This document shows, piece after piece, positions 13,941-26,998 of a stretch of 64,000 bases of DNA. Below the pieces are notes generated by a model, which was not told where the DNA came from, made no database searches, and was given only the letters and a program-made list of their open reading frames with translations. Within the stretch, counting starts at the first letter, position 1. Each line of letters begins with the position of its first letter. Source of the stretch: Felis catus (lineage: Eukaryota); the NCBI RefSeq assembly GCF_018350175.1, contig NC_058382.1, positions 54,128,001 through 54,192,000 on the forward strand, in the 5' to 3' direction. A program made the position numbers and the translations under genes.

Positions 13941-15949
13941 TACTATTCAGCTGAAGATCAACTTACTTCTCTGAAATCCAAACTGAGTCATTAGTTCAGA
14001 GTTGCCAGCATCTAAGTACCGTCAGTTCTGATGTAACACAACATACGCATTCCTAAAAAGTCAGCTCGCTCCGCAAAATCGCACAGCCAAAACCACAGGG
14101 CCTACGGGGAAGGTGGAACAAGGGGGCACGACACCGAGTGACTTTGACAGTGACACAGAAAAAAGAACCTAATAACAGTGGTTGCATGTTAAGTGGTTTT
14201 ATACACGTTAAATAAAGAAACACGCAGGTACTACAGAACGACGCACCTGACCTTGAAGAAGACCTGAGGTTTGCCTGTATAAGTACGGGCGATGGAAGGG
14301 CTATGGCTCGTGAGTTGGTTTGGGGTGGAGGAAGCAGGGCCACCCGAATCGAAGAGAAAGGGGATGGGTGCATGGTACCACCCAGGTGAACCGAGGCAGC
14401 CGGCAGATGTTTGGGCTGTGCATGTATGTACGCTTTGTGTTTTCTATAAGCATATTTAGACATCTTTTTCCTAATATGTCCGCCAGCATGGAAATTTATA
14501 TGCTGTCTGGCTGTGTGCTGTGTGTATTTGTGTTTTATGCATAAACAGAATAATATTTTTTGTTCCCCAAGAATGCACATTTGCCCTCCTGGGGACAACA
14601 GCGCTCTCTTGAGATGCCTGCGGTCGAGGTACACAGAGAAGATGGTGGGAGCACAGAGAAGAGGGTGACTCATCGCCTGGGACAGTCAGGGAGGGCAGAA
14701 GAGGAAATGACATTTGAACCAGGTTTTGTAGGATGAGTAAGACTTGCCATCTGGGAAAAGGGATGGAAGGAGTTCTAGAAGGAACAGCTTCTAGGCGTGA
14801 TTGTTAAATGTTTGCACAGCATGGGGTGCACTGAGAGCTACACATCCACAGAAAGAGTGGGGAATTTAGAAATACAAATTTTAGCACGATTTGAGAGACA
14901 AACGGACTCTTAACAGGTATCAAATCCCAGAAAGCTTTTGGGGGCAGGAGTGCATAAGGAGCAGAAACTGGGAAGAACGCTGAGTTATTAAAGTAGGTAT
15001 TAGGTTCCTTTAATTTCAGCCTATGTCTCAGATGGAAAGACTCCTGTGTAATAAATAATAGAGCACACTTTGGGCATAGTTCATTCACCACACTCCCAGA
15101 CACATTTCGAATACCATTCAAAGAGTCGTGGAAGCTCTGATTAATATACAACACAGAGCTCTCTCCATATACTCTCAAGGGTAAAAATACTGCTGAAAAG
15201 CCAGTTCTTTTAAAAGCTGAGCATCTAACACCACCTTGTGAATGATAATAAATGGCAGGCGAAGCCAGAAGGTAGACTGGCCCTCTGTCTGGGTCTGCAA
15301 GTTTTATGTGCACAGAAATACAGACCTGTTCTTTGGCCAAGAGAGCAGGATCATCTTCCAGTGAGATCAAGATTTCCTAGGAGACTCCTGGTATTTCCCA
15401 ATTCCAACTTGATCAAAAATAGCAACCCCAACTCTCATGGGTTGTTTTCCTTTTCTTTTTGTTTCCCCTCCATATTCCCCATTCGAGCTCCCTTAGGAAC
15501 GTGCATCTATTTGCCATTAAAATGATATTGCGGTCATTTTTCCTAAGGCCAGAGAAGTTTAAGGTTTTTCCATAACACCAAGTCCCTCCCTGACCTCATG
15601 GAGCTTGTCATCCATCAAAGACAGGCACCGAGAACAAAACTACACAACTAATTTCAAATGTGATGGCAACAAGGGAAGATTAAACAGGATTAGACGCACA
15701 CAACAAACATAACTTAGAGGCCATAACTTCATGTACAAATCAGGATGCTTCATGCTGTGCAGGGGGGGCACCGTGACAAAGACAAGTTCATATTATGGGT
15801 GAGGACGAAGAAAGAGCATGGGATTCTCATGGGAAGAAATATGATCATGTTTGCCCTCTCTAATTATTGTAATTAGATCTCTAACCATTTGAGTGAGGAC
15901 TGTCCAGCAGCAGATTTACTTCTTACTGCCCATCATGGACCCAAAGAGA

Positions 15950-16350
15950 ATTATGCAGGGACATTACAGCATTATTTGTAAAACAGTAATAATCTAAGTA
16001 CACATCAAAAGGGGAAGAGTTACATGCATGGAGTACTTCTATGCAACGTTCAAAAGAATGGATGAGGGCTTACATATACTAATATGAAACTACATCCAAA
16101 AAATATCGTTGGGTAAAAAAAAAAGTGAACTGTAGAATGACATGTAGGGTGTGCTTCCATTTGTGTGAAATTTAAGGAGAGACACAGAGGTTCAAGTAAA
16201 GTTTCACATACACAGACCATCTCCAGAAGAATACATAAAACATGATGACGGTGGTCGCCTGTGTAGGGAAACCAGGTGTACGAAGGTCAGGGTGGTAAAG
16301 AGACATATCACTCACTACATTTACTTTACTATTATTGGAAATTTGCCACA
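15950..16350 (+). mobile_element. L1ME-like 3' end
   Basis: acagcattatttgtaa...ttccatttgtgtgaaa pattern typical of old L1 3'UTRs. Confidence 0.6.
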
Positions 16351-17530
16351 TCTAGTTAGAGAAAAAGTATCTCAAACAGTATAGATGGAGAAAGGTAGCG
16401 TTAACCAGCAATGGAAGCTATTCATCTTATAATCTGCCCTCCATCCCGTGTGTTAGCTTAACGGAATTCTCTATATGTTCAGAAATGAGGTAAGAGGAAT
16501 TATCTGGGCAGAGACCAAGATTCAGATGTGACTGGGGGGGAATCAGGGAAGAAAAGAAAGGGGGCAAAGCTTCGCATGAGCAACAGACAAAGATACATGG
16601 GCTACTGATCACAAAAGCTAACGGACGCACCTGGGCCCGGAAATATGATTTTAGGTGATAAATAGACACTGTTGGATGAAATTGATTCACATAATGATAA
16701 CATTATTCCCTTTTCCAATCTTTTTTTATTGCTCAGATATAGTCAAAGAGGAAGTCTCAGTTTGGTGCAAGTATGTCTTTATGACCTCTGGACACTTTCC
16801 TGGAGTTAAAATTTGATAACGTGTTTTGATTTGACTGTATTTCTTTTCACTCCTATCCTTCTTAGAGAAAGGGACTCTGGTTTTCCACTTTTGGCATTGA
16901 AACAAAGCTTCCTTCGAAAACAACCGTGTTTAATTTTGATGTTTTATAATGAGCCATTTTCAAGGAAAATATTAAGTAACACAAGATGCGCAGGGACGGC
17001 AAAAATCGTGACTGAAGTTTAGCAAGCAGTGCCTTGAGACAGATTCTTCTAGGTCTATGGCAGGGAAGCTGTGCAGTTGCATGGTTGTGATTGTTGCTGG
17101 GTTTTATTTTCATCCCACCAAACAAGCGCTGAATAAAATTGAGGGAGATTTTTCAGCAAGCTGAAGTTTCGTCCTCATCGCCGACAGTATTTAACAAGAA
17201 TAGCCTTAGTTTCCTAGAGGTGATTCCACGGATGACTAAAAAGACCGAGAACCAAAAATACAGGCACCAATTCCGACGGCCTAATTACAAGTGTGATTCT
17301 TGCCCCGGTGTGGAACACTAGCCCTTTTGTTACATCCCAGGAGAGAAGAAACACCTCAACCGAAATCACATTTTCCTCCTTTCTCCCTCTCCAGTGCCAC
17401 CATTTTTTCATTAGCTAATCCCAATTAGAACGCTTTTTTTACTAAAGCCATAAATCTCTGCCTTTCCCAATAAGCATAAATTATATGGTAAATAACTGTA
17501 TTCTGTGTCTGTCCAGAAAAATAAAACACT

Positions 17531-17540
17531 CTTTCTTTCT

Positions 17541-17608
<68 letters not shown>

Positions 17609-17677
17609 TTTCTTTCTTTTCTTTTCTTTTCTTTTCTTTCTCTTCTTTCTCTTCTTTCTTTCTTTCTTTTCCTTTCT
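17531..17677. repeat. (TTTC)n microsatellite and T/C-rich tract
   Basis: Seen directly. Confidence 0.97.
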
Positions 17678-20600
17678 CTGGTATTTTATGAGACTCTGAG
17701 CTGCTAAGTCAACGTTCACGCTTTTTGATTTAGGATTTCTCCCCCCTCTCATCTATCACTTGTCTATAAAGGCAACACTTCTTTTAGAAAGAAAACTACC
17801 ACCAATGCACTTCTCTAAAATTCATCCTAATAAAAGTATGTTTTTTCTTCCTATTTCTGAGTGACTCCAGGTAGAGGCAAAAGCTGGACTGTTGTGTTAA
17901 AATCTACCTCTGCCATTTCCTGGCTAAATGGCCCAGGACCCTCATGATAGCTCAAACCCAGGTCTGAATCATCAACTAAGGAGACAGACCTCCTAAAACT
18001 TGTCCCAAAATTAATGAAGAAACTTAATAAACAATGTTTAGCATACTGCCTGGCACAGAGAATGTGCTCATTAATATTAGTTGCTCATACTGCATAAACA
18101 AAAGTGGTGATTTTTTTCATTGTTGTTCCTTCTGTGGTCAGCAATTGCTTAACCCAACATTCTCTACGTTAAACTAATTAAAAGAAACATACCTTATCCG
18201 TGATTGATTTTCAAACTCATTTATTACTCGTTTCTCTATGGTTTAATTTAATTAAATTGAGCAGCATATCAAATATTGATTTTAATAAAATCTTGATTAA
18301 GACTCGAGCAATTATCAAACACAATTTTCATACCATTCCTGCATTTCAATGGAACCAACCTGAAAACCAATTTGCTTTTAAAATAAAGAAGTGATTTTAT
18401 ACACATACACACATTCCCCCCACCCCCACCAGGCCATTTTCAGAAATACAGAAAAAAAAATGGCCTCCCAATCTTTTCATTAGCAAGATAAGCAAAGATA
18501 AGCAGCAATCTCCAACTGGGGTTCTGAAAAGCTTAATCCAGTTGGTCACCTCATCTCCAATCAGTAGTGGAAGGGAAAAAACAAATTAGAATCAATTCCT
18601 TTGATAAACATTAACTTAGCAACTACTACGTACAAGCCACTGTCCTGTACTGTCCAACACAAGGAGAGGTAGTCAAGAGCTAATCCTATAGCCAGTTTTA
18701 ATGTGTGTGGAAAAACCCATCCACACATGCAAGTCTTTAATTTTATTGAATAATGACCAGAGAAGTACATGTATTTCAATTCTTGAAATTACTCTGCTGT
18801 ATGATTTATGTGCATAGACTATTGTTAAGAGAATGTAATGTAAATGTGATGGTATAAATTACCAATAGTATCATATTAGCAATTAACTATAAGACATTTA
18901 ATAAGTTAAATATTTGGTTTGATAGTTACGTGCTAAAAAAAAAAAAAAAGAAAAAGAAAAAGAAAGAAAGAAAGAAAGTCTGGCCAATAGCTATCACAGC
19001 AGCACCATCTAGAGGATTCTGAAAAGTAACACAGGGTCATTCCCCCAACTTGCCATTCTTCCTGTTTAGGCGAAAAGAAAGGCAGCTATAGAGTTCACCA
19101 TCTTATGTCATTTTAAAGCATTTTAATTCTGTCCACATCATTTAGCATCATCTTAAATCTTGAAATGTTTATGGAACAGCTCAATGAGATGGAATATTCT
19201 CGAAATCGTAATGCAATTGGAACAAGGATCCCAGCTGTCCTCCTGGGGAGGCAGTACTGGGTGTGTGCTGAAGGATCCCAGGCCCTGGGACACTGTGACC
19301 GGGGCCATGACTCCCCTCTCCTCCCAACACACACACACCTCCTTATTCTATCTTGATCCCAGACATATCCATGCCAAAGACTGGACAATGGGTAACGTTT
19401 CAAAATCATACCATTCCTGAGCTACTGTCCACTGTGTATTTACGTGAGTTGAGAAAAAAATAATAAACTTTCTATTATTAAAACTGTTTACACCAGCACA
19501 TCCACTTACTAATTCCGTTCCATTGGCCTAAGCTGAATCAATGTCCTGGGGTGGGTTGAAAGAGAAATAATAAAACATCTCACTTTTTTTTTTTTTTTTA
19601 TAGTTCTCATTCCCCTATCGTTTCTGTAACTTTTCTGAACCAGAGAACTGCTTTGGAGTCATGTTAAAAGGATTACAATTGAGATAATAAAATATGTCTG
19701 CTATTCATAGGAACTAGTCCTCTCCTTACATTATTTGCTTTCAGAATTTCAGGCAATTTTGCAGACCCTCGGTCGGCTGCAACCTCACAGGGAAATGGCA
19801 AACATGTACATTCAGCGTGGCCCCGGCCAGTGGGGGACGGGAGGAGCGCTCACCTTCATTTCCACTGGGGGGCACTGTCCACCTCGGGGAGAGGGGACGG
19901 AGTCACAGTTTGCCAGGCCAATTTGTAGAAATCTGAGTTCACCTGCATTCTGAAGTCAGGGTTCTCAAATGAGCGCCCTAGTAAAGGGTCAGAGATGGGC
20001 AGTGAGTGGGTCATTCATGGTGATTCTCTATACTTGAAGTAAATGCAATTGGGCCCAACTGACCAAAGGAATACGAGGTTTTGCCTAGAGAAACCTTTTC
20101 CCCATGCTGTATGCTAAAGCCATCACTAAAAGTCATAGCAAACTGCCATAATTTTGGTTCTTTCAAATGTCTTCATGTTCTCGCACAGGCTTTTCCCTCT
20201 ATTCTACCTCCATACCTATTCACTTCGTAAGTGTCTGGTTCTCGTCTGTGACTTAGCGCAGATGTCACTAACTCCAGGAACCCTTCCAGGACTCCCTTAC
20301 ATTGGGTCAAGATGACCTCCTACGTGCCTCAACTGCATCCCATACTGCTTCCATGAGGAAGCTTGATGTAATTACTTGTTTATTAACTATGTCCCCCATT
20401 AGGCTGCAGATGCCATCAAAGCTGGGGGGATTTCTATCTTATTCACAGTTGTATTCCCTGCATCCCCATAGTCTCAGCTCAAAGCCTCCATCAAGGAATG
20501 ATCACCCTATATAAGTATGATTTATGTTGGGGAGGACTCTGATGTTAGGCACACAGCCTGCATTTCTTCGCCTTCCAAAAACATGGGCCTCAGTACCCAC

Positions 20601-21630
20601 TGTTTTTCTTCCTCACTTACCTTGTTCTCTTAATCCCTACAGTCGTCAGAAGAGAGGCCCAAGTTTCCACAAGGTAAGCTGCCTCTTGCTATCGAGGATT
20701 ATGGCAATTCTGCTTGGCCGTCTGTTCACCATCTCCAGAACTTGTTCTAGGATCCACAGACAACCCATCTCTATTCCTGAGTCAGCTGCAAGAGAAGCGG
20801 TCAACCAAAATATTTACAGTAGGGATCTTTCTGGGACGTCTGGTGAGCTCTAATGAAGCGAGAGTCAACTGGGAGGGAGGTGAGACCCCCCCCCCCCCAC
20901 CGCTCATCTTTCCCAGCAGGTAACAAAGTCCTATTCTCTACTGTATGCAGTTGACATAATAGCACAGAAGGAAAACAAGGAAGTTCAACTTTGTTTCTGG
21001 TTCAACTACTTATTGTGTCCATGGAAGGACTATGATATTCTAGAACTAGAAGAGCATAGGGCCATCTAGGTAACCTGAAGAGTATAGTGTGGCACCCAAA
21101 TACAGAGTCAGAACCATCCTGGAAAGTTCCAGACTGTGACGAAATAATATATTTACCACTCTGGATCCTTTTCTGTCATCTGTTTCGCCTGAGACTACAT
21201 CTGCAAAATGGAAGTAAACCTGCCAGGCTCAAGGGGTCATTGCGAGGCCAACTGAGACAGGCCCTAACAAAGTGCTTGGAAAACTATGCCCACCCAACAA
21301 AAAATGAGAGATTATTAATGTTAATAGAACGACCACAGACTGCCCCATCATCCCATAGCCATTATCCTCAATTTTTAAAGATCGGAAGAGAATATTTCAC
21401 TGCTAACATCCTGACGTAGGTTTAGTTGGAAGATAAAACTTCTAGCCAAATTAGCCTAACATACATGAAATGATAATCAGTAGATCCTGAGAGTAAGAAC
21501 CAAGTAGAGATCATTCAGGGCATAATAAAGGGGAAATAGTATAGATAGTTGTGTTATTTTGTTTACTTTCATACTTATAATTGTGCACACAGGAACATAC
21601 ATGCTGAGTACCATAAGTAAACATTTTTCA

Positions 21631-21843
21631 GGGGCGCCTGGGTGGCTCAGTCGGTTAAGCGGCCGACTTCGGCTCAGGTCACGATCTCGTGGTCCGTGAG
21701 TTCGAGCCCCGCGTCGGGCTCTGGGCTGATGGCTCAGAGCCTGGAGCCTGCTTCCGATTCTGTGTCTCCCTCTCTCTCTGTCCCTCCCCCACTCATGCTC
21801 TGTCTCTCTCTGTCTCAAAAATAAATAAACATTTAAAAAAAAT
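21631..21843 (+). mobile_element. Young Can-SINE (SINEC_Fc)
   Basis: CpG-rich, near-consensus ggggcgcctgggtggctcagtcggttaagcggccgacttcggctcagg; short tttttcag flanking repeat. Confidence 0.95.
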
Positions 21844-21914
21844 TTTTTTTCAGCCAGGTCCCTTACATAAATCTCGGAGTCTTTGGTCATTCAAAAAAAA
21901 AAAGTTTTTAAATT

Positions 21915-22030
21915 ACTGGAAACTAGCAAAACACAGGAGGAGAATTTTCTAAAACTGACAAAAGATATCAAGCCAAGGCTTCACGAGGCAAAAGGAACCC
22001 CTAGGGGGATAAATACAAAGAAAGCCACAC
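21915..22030 (+). mobile_element. L1 ORF1 remnant
   Basis: Translates EENFLKLTKDIKPRLHEAKGTPRGINTKKAT, similar to the ORF1p ENFPNL...QEAQRTP region. Confidence 0.65.
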
Positions 22031-22098
22031 ACACACACAGGCCAAAACAAAACAAAAAAACAGCGAAAACCACACAAAATGAAACTTCAGCATATTAG

Positions 22099-25000
22099 TG
22101 ATTGTTTCTCCACATCCTCACTGGTGTTGTCCCTATTTTTTATTTTAGCCATTCTAATAGATGTATAGTGCTACCTCATTGTGGTTTTAATTTGCATTTC
22201 CCTAATGGCTAATGATGTTGAACAGCTTTTTATGTGCTTAGTTGTCGTCAGTATATCCTATTCAATGAAATGTCTTTTGCCCATTTTCTAACTGGATCAT
22301 CCATTTTTTCACTGTTGGGTTTTGAGAGTTCTTTAATTATTTTAGATACTAATCCTTTATCAGATACATGATGTGCAAATATTCACTCTTAGTCTGTAGC
22401 TTGTCTTTCATTCTCTTAACAAGACTTCTCACAGTTACTAACCTTGATTAGATCTATCAATTTTTTTCTTTTTCATATTGCACTTCTGGGGTTAAGTCTA
22501 TAAGCTCTTGGCCTCACTCTGCAGTAGAAAGATTTTCTCTTACGTTTTTTATTTTTCTTAAACTATAAAAATTTTACATTTACATGTAAGTCTGTGATCC
22601 ATTTTGAGTTAATCTGTATATAAGGTGTGAGCCTGAAGTCAAGGATTTTGTTTTGTTTTGATTTGGTTTGGTTGCTTATTTTGTTTACAGATATTGAATT
22701 TCTCCAGCACCGTTCATTGAAAAATCTATATTTCCTCCACTGAATGCTTTTGCACCTTTGTCAAAAAATCAGTTGGGCATATTTGTGTGGGACTATTTCA
22801 GAGTTCTCTATCTGTTGCGTTGACCTGTATGTTTATCCCTCCACCAATACCACACGCTTTTGATTACTGTAACTATGTAATGAGTCTTGAAATTGGGTAC
22901 CATGATTCCTCCAATTTTATTCTTCTTTTCAGAATCGTTTTACCCATTATATTTCCTTTGCTTTTCAATATATATATTAGAATGATCTTCTCTATATCTA
23001 TAAAATACCTTGCTGGGATTTGGACAGAAATGGTGGTAAGTCTGTATATTAATTTGAAGAGAATTGATACTCTCCCCCATTCATTTTGATCTTCTTCATT
23101 TTCTTTCATCAGAAGTTTGTAGTTTTCAGCATACAAGTCTTCTTCGTGTTTTGTTATACTGATACATGGGAATTTCATTTCTATTTGTTTGTAAGTTCCT
23201 TGGCATTTTCTACATAGTCAATCGTGTTATCTCCAAACAGGGACAGTTTTATTTCTTCATTTCCATCTGTTTGCCTATTATTTCCCTTTATTGCCTTTTT
23301 GAACTGGCTAAAAGTTCCAGCCCTGTGTTAAACCACAGTAATGAAAGAAGACTTGCTCCCAGTTTTAGGAGGAAAGGATTCAGTCCTTCAACATTAAGTA
23401 TGTTATCTGTAGCTTTTTGGGGGGATGGCCTTTGTAAAGTTATAGATGTTCTCTTTCATTCCTAGTGTGCTAAGTGTTTTTTTTAAATCATGAGTATTAA
23501 ATTTTCTCAAATTATTTTTCTGCCTCAATTGATAGAATCACATTATGCTTTTTTCTTGTTAGCCTGTTACAGCAGATTACACTGACTGACTTTTGAATGG
23601 TGAACCCGCTTTGCATCTCTGGGAAAAGCTCCAGTTGGTAATGGTGTGTAATTTTTTTATACATTGCTAATGCTATTAGCTAATATTTTCTGAAGGATTT
23701 TGCATGTACATTTACGGAGGATATTGGCTCATAGTTTCTTTCTTTCCCTTTATTAATTTTTGTGTACTGTCAATGTCTGGTTTTAGTATCAGCATAATGG
23801 TAACTTCATAAAATGAATTGGGAAGTTTTCCAAACCCTTCCATTTTCTGAAAGAGACTGTGTATATATCATATTAATTATTTTTCAAACATTTCACAGAA
23901 TTGTATGGTGAATCTCCAGTGAAGATTTCTTTTGGGGAATTTTCAAATTATGAATTCAATGTCTTTAATAGTACAGAGCTATTCAAATTACCTATTTCAT
24001 ATTGGGTAAATTTTGTGGTAGGCAGTTTTAAGAAATTGGTCCACCTCATCTAAGTCCTCAACTGTATGTATGTGGAGATATTTACAGCATTCCTGTCCTT
24101 TTTATGTCTGTAGAGTACGTAGTGCAATTCCATGTTTCATTCCTGATAATGCTAATTTGTATTTTCTCCCATTTTTATCTTTGACCATCTTGCTAGAGAC
24201 TTGTCAATTGTATTGATCTTTTCAAAAAACCGACTCCTTGTTTATCTATTGTTTTTGTTTTAAATTTTATTGATTTCTGCTCTTATCTTTATGATTTAGA
24301 CTCTTCTGCTGACTTTGATTTTGGTCTTCTTTTCTATGCCCTTCCTGTGAGAGCTCACATTATCAATTTAAGATGTTTTACTTTCCTAATGTAAGCATGT
24401 ATTGCTACCTTTGCTCTCAACATTGCTTTAATTGTAGCCAATTTTGATATGCTGTATTTTCATTTTCATTTAATTCATTGCTCATTTGTTGGTTTCCCAC
24501 TAAGATCTCCTCTGTGACTCATGGATTATTTAGAAAGTGTTATTTTCCAAGTGTTTGGATATTTTTCTATTATCTTTCTGTTATTGATGTCTAGCCTACC
24601 TGTAGTCAGAGAACATACTCTGTAGGATTTCAATTCTTTTAAATTTGTTGAGGTGTGTCTTATGGTCCAGGATGTGGTCTTAGTACATGCTTTGTAGGCA
24701 CTTGAAAAGAATATGGATTCTCCTGATATTGATTGTTCTATAAATGTCAAATAGTTCCTATTGGTTAATGATGTTGACTTTTCCATCCATGGTGATTTTC
24801 TGCCTGATTCTTGTATCAGCTATTGAGAAAGAGGTGTTAAAATCTTCAACTAACACTGAGGAAGTGCCCACTTCTCCTCTCAGTTCTGTCACTTTTGCTT
24901 TATAGTGTGCAGCTCTGTTGTTTGGTGCATATATTTTTAGATTTGCTATATCTTCTTAGTGAAGTGACCATTTTATCATTATACAATGGTCCTCTCTGTA

Positions 25001-25245
25001 CCTGGTGAATTTCTTTGGTCTAAACTCTATCTGATATTAACATAACCACTCATGCTTTCTTTGGATTAATGTTTACATGATATATCTTTTTCCCTCCTTT
25101 TATTTTCTATATGCCTATATTATCATATTTGAAGTCAGTTACTTATAGACATCATACAATTGTCATGTTTCTTTTAATACAATCGAATTATCTATACCTT
25201 TTTATTGGTATATTTTAGCTGTTTATATTTAATTATTCATATGCT
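22099..25245 (-). mobile_element. Decayed L1M LINE, ORF2 region (endonuclease to C-terminal Cys-rich domain)
   Basis: Track ORF 22873..23178 (DLYAENYKLLMKE...LIYRLTTISVQIP) resembles L1 ORF2p; ORF 24526..24786 resembles the endonuclease region; many stops and frameshifts. Confidence 0.92.
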
Positions 25246-25858
25246 AGAGTGGAGATGGAAGTCTAGGCTCCCCCAATGGACTTCACTGAAACTGCTGCAG
25301 AGGGTGGGGAGGTGCCTAATTAGTTAACTCTGAACAGGATGAAAGAACTGATTCCTTACTGAGCCTTCTTTGACATCATCCTGGTAGAGGATGAGGGGCA
25401 GTTATAACAAGGTGAGAGTGGAAGTCTATACTCTCCCCCTGGCCTTTCTAGTCTGTGCGTGTGTGTGTGTGTGTGTGTGTGTGCACGCGCGCACGCACGC
25501 GCTATTTAGCTGGAGTAGAATGTTTATTTTCTACAAGTTTATGCCTTGTTCAATGGCGTTTTCCTGGTCCTTTGGCTAACGAATAGGCATTTGTTGGGGC
25601 TTTTTAAAATTTCCATGTTTGTCAGATTTTGGGGTTACCAGCTTCTTCAGTTCCAAGTCTAGAATACATGAGGCAAAAGGAAACCCAGGTAACTTACAAT
25701 CATGTCATTCCTTGGGTCCCAAGGTCGCTAGACAGTGTGACTGATTCTCTCTATCTTTCAGAGTCTTCTCGTGTTGGTATAATTTCTAGGGGTTTTAGTT
25801 ATATTTAATAGGAGGAACAGGGGAAAGTACATCTACTCCAAATTTCCAGAAACAAAAA
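25246..25858 (-). mobile_element. L1M (L1MC/L1MD-like) 5' end
   Basis: Minus strand starts tttctggaaatttggagtagatgtactttcccctgttcctcc and carries repeated ggaagtcta..ctcccc motifs, resembling remembered L1M 5'-end consensus. Confidence 0.6.
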
Positions 25859-25874
25859 TCATTGATAATCTTTT

Positions 25875-26270
25875 AAAATTAATTATAACAATCTCTGTCT
25901 TCTAACTGATGTATTTAGACTATTTACATTTAATGCGATCATCAATATATCAGGATTTAATGCTACACGTATACTACTTGCTTTCTGATTGCTCTACTTG
26001 TTTTCCATTTTACTGTTTGCCCTTTTCTCTTTTAGATTATTTGAACAATTTTTAGGACTTTATTTTGACATATTTGTATCCTTTTTTTATTGCTTGCTCT
26101 CGGGATTATATCCCTCATTTTTCAGTCTACTTAGAATCAGTACTTAAGTACTTCAAGTGGAATATAAGATCTTCACTCTTAAGACAGATTCCCTTCACCC
26201 TCCCCCACTTTCTATGATAGTTATTTTACATATGATATTTATATACTTTGAAAACTCTGAATAATACTAT
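25875..26270 (-). mobile_element. Second L1M fragment (ORF2 N-terminus and inter-ORF region)
   Basis: acaatctctgtcttctaactgatgtatttagactatttacatttaatg is the antisense of the ORF2 TLNVNGLN region. Confidence 0.7.
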
Positions 26271-26285
26271 AATTATTTTTGTTTT

Positions 26286-26318
26286 CACTTGATCTTAGCC
26301 AAAAGGCTGAGAAGCGAT
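26286..26318 (-). pseudogene. 3'-truncated U2 snRNA retropseudogene (U2 nt 1-33)
   Basis: Reverse complement is ATCGCTTCTCAGCCTTTTGGCTAAGATCAAGTG, the U2 5' end with one mismatch at a CpG; degenerate flanking direct repeat aatt..ttgttttc. Confidence 0.9.
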
Positions 26319-26876
26319 AATTTTTTGTTGTTGTTTTCAACTATCATTTGAAAACTAAAGAGAGAAGGAACAGGCTATTATAGAGATTAGCAAATTTTTT
26401 CAGTAAAGGGCCAGATAAATATTTTAGGCTTTTCAGACCGTGTACTGTGGAAGTTAATGACTGGTATTGGCCATGTGGACATTTCTGGAATGTAGACAGT
26501 GTTCTATTTCTTCACCTGGTTGAGAATTACACAAGAGTTCACTTTGTAGTAACTCACCAACCTAACTTTTGTTTTGTGCATCTAACTTTTTGTGTGTGAT
26601 ACCTACCAATGAAAGTCATTTTGAAACTAAATAGATCCAAGAGCTTGAAAAATAGATGGGAGACTTTGGGAATGGATTATCAGAAAAAAGAAGGGGTACA
26701 TAAAGTACATGGGATTTATTGCTCCTTTTAGCGCTACCTTCTTTGAACAAAATTAATAGATGGGGAAATATGTACAGTTTGTCCTCAACCCTGAGAGACT
26801 GAGAATTTCTACTAAGTGCAATTCACTGAGGTGGGAACTGCTTACTGGAGCCAGGAGTTGAAAAATGAGACTTGTT

Positions 26877-26998
26877 GGGGAGCCTGGCTGACTTAGTTGG
26901 TAGATTATGTGACTCTTAATCTTAGGGTTGTGAGTGTGAGCCCCACTTGGGTGTGGAGATTACTTAAAACAAACAAAGAAATAACTAAATAAATAAAT
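26877..26998 (+). mobile_element. Old short Can-SINE (SINEC_c-like)
   Basis: tRNA-like head without (CT)n, A-rich tail; TSD aaaatg(a/g)gacttgt. Confidence 0.85.

Noticed and set aside
14053..15370. 206-aa and 188-aa minus-strand ORFs
   Set aside because: No recognisable homology or exon structure; consistent with chance ORFs.
17411..17752. Lys/Glu/Arg-rich ORFs (also 55312-55844)
   Set aside because: Translations of (TTTC)n and (TTTTC)n microsatellites.
21631..21715. tRNA-like sequences with A and B boxes
   Set aside because: They are Can-SINE heads followed by (CT)n and A tails, not tRNA genes.
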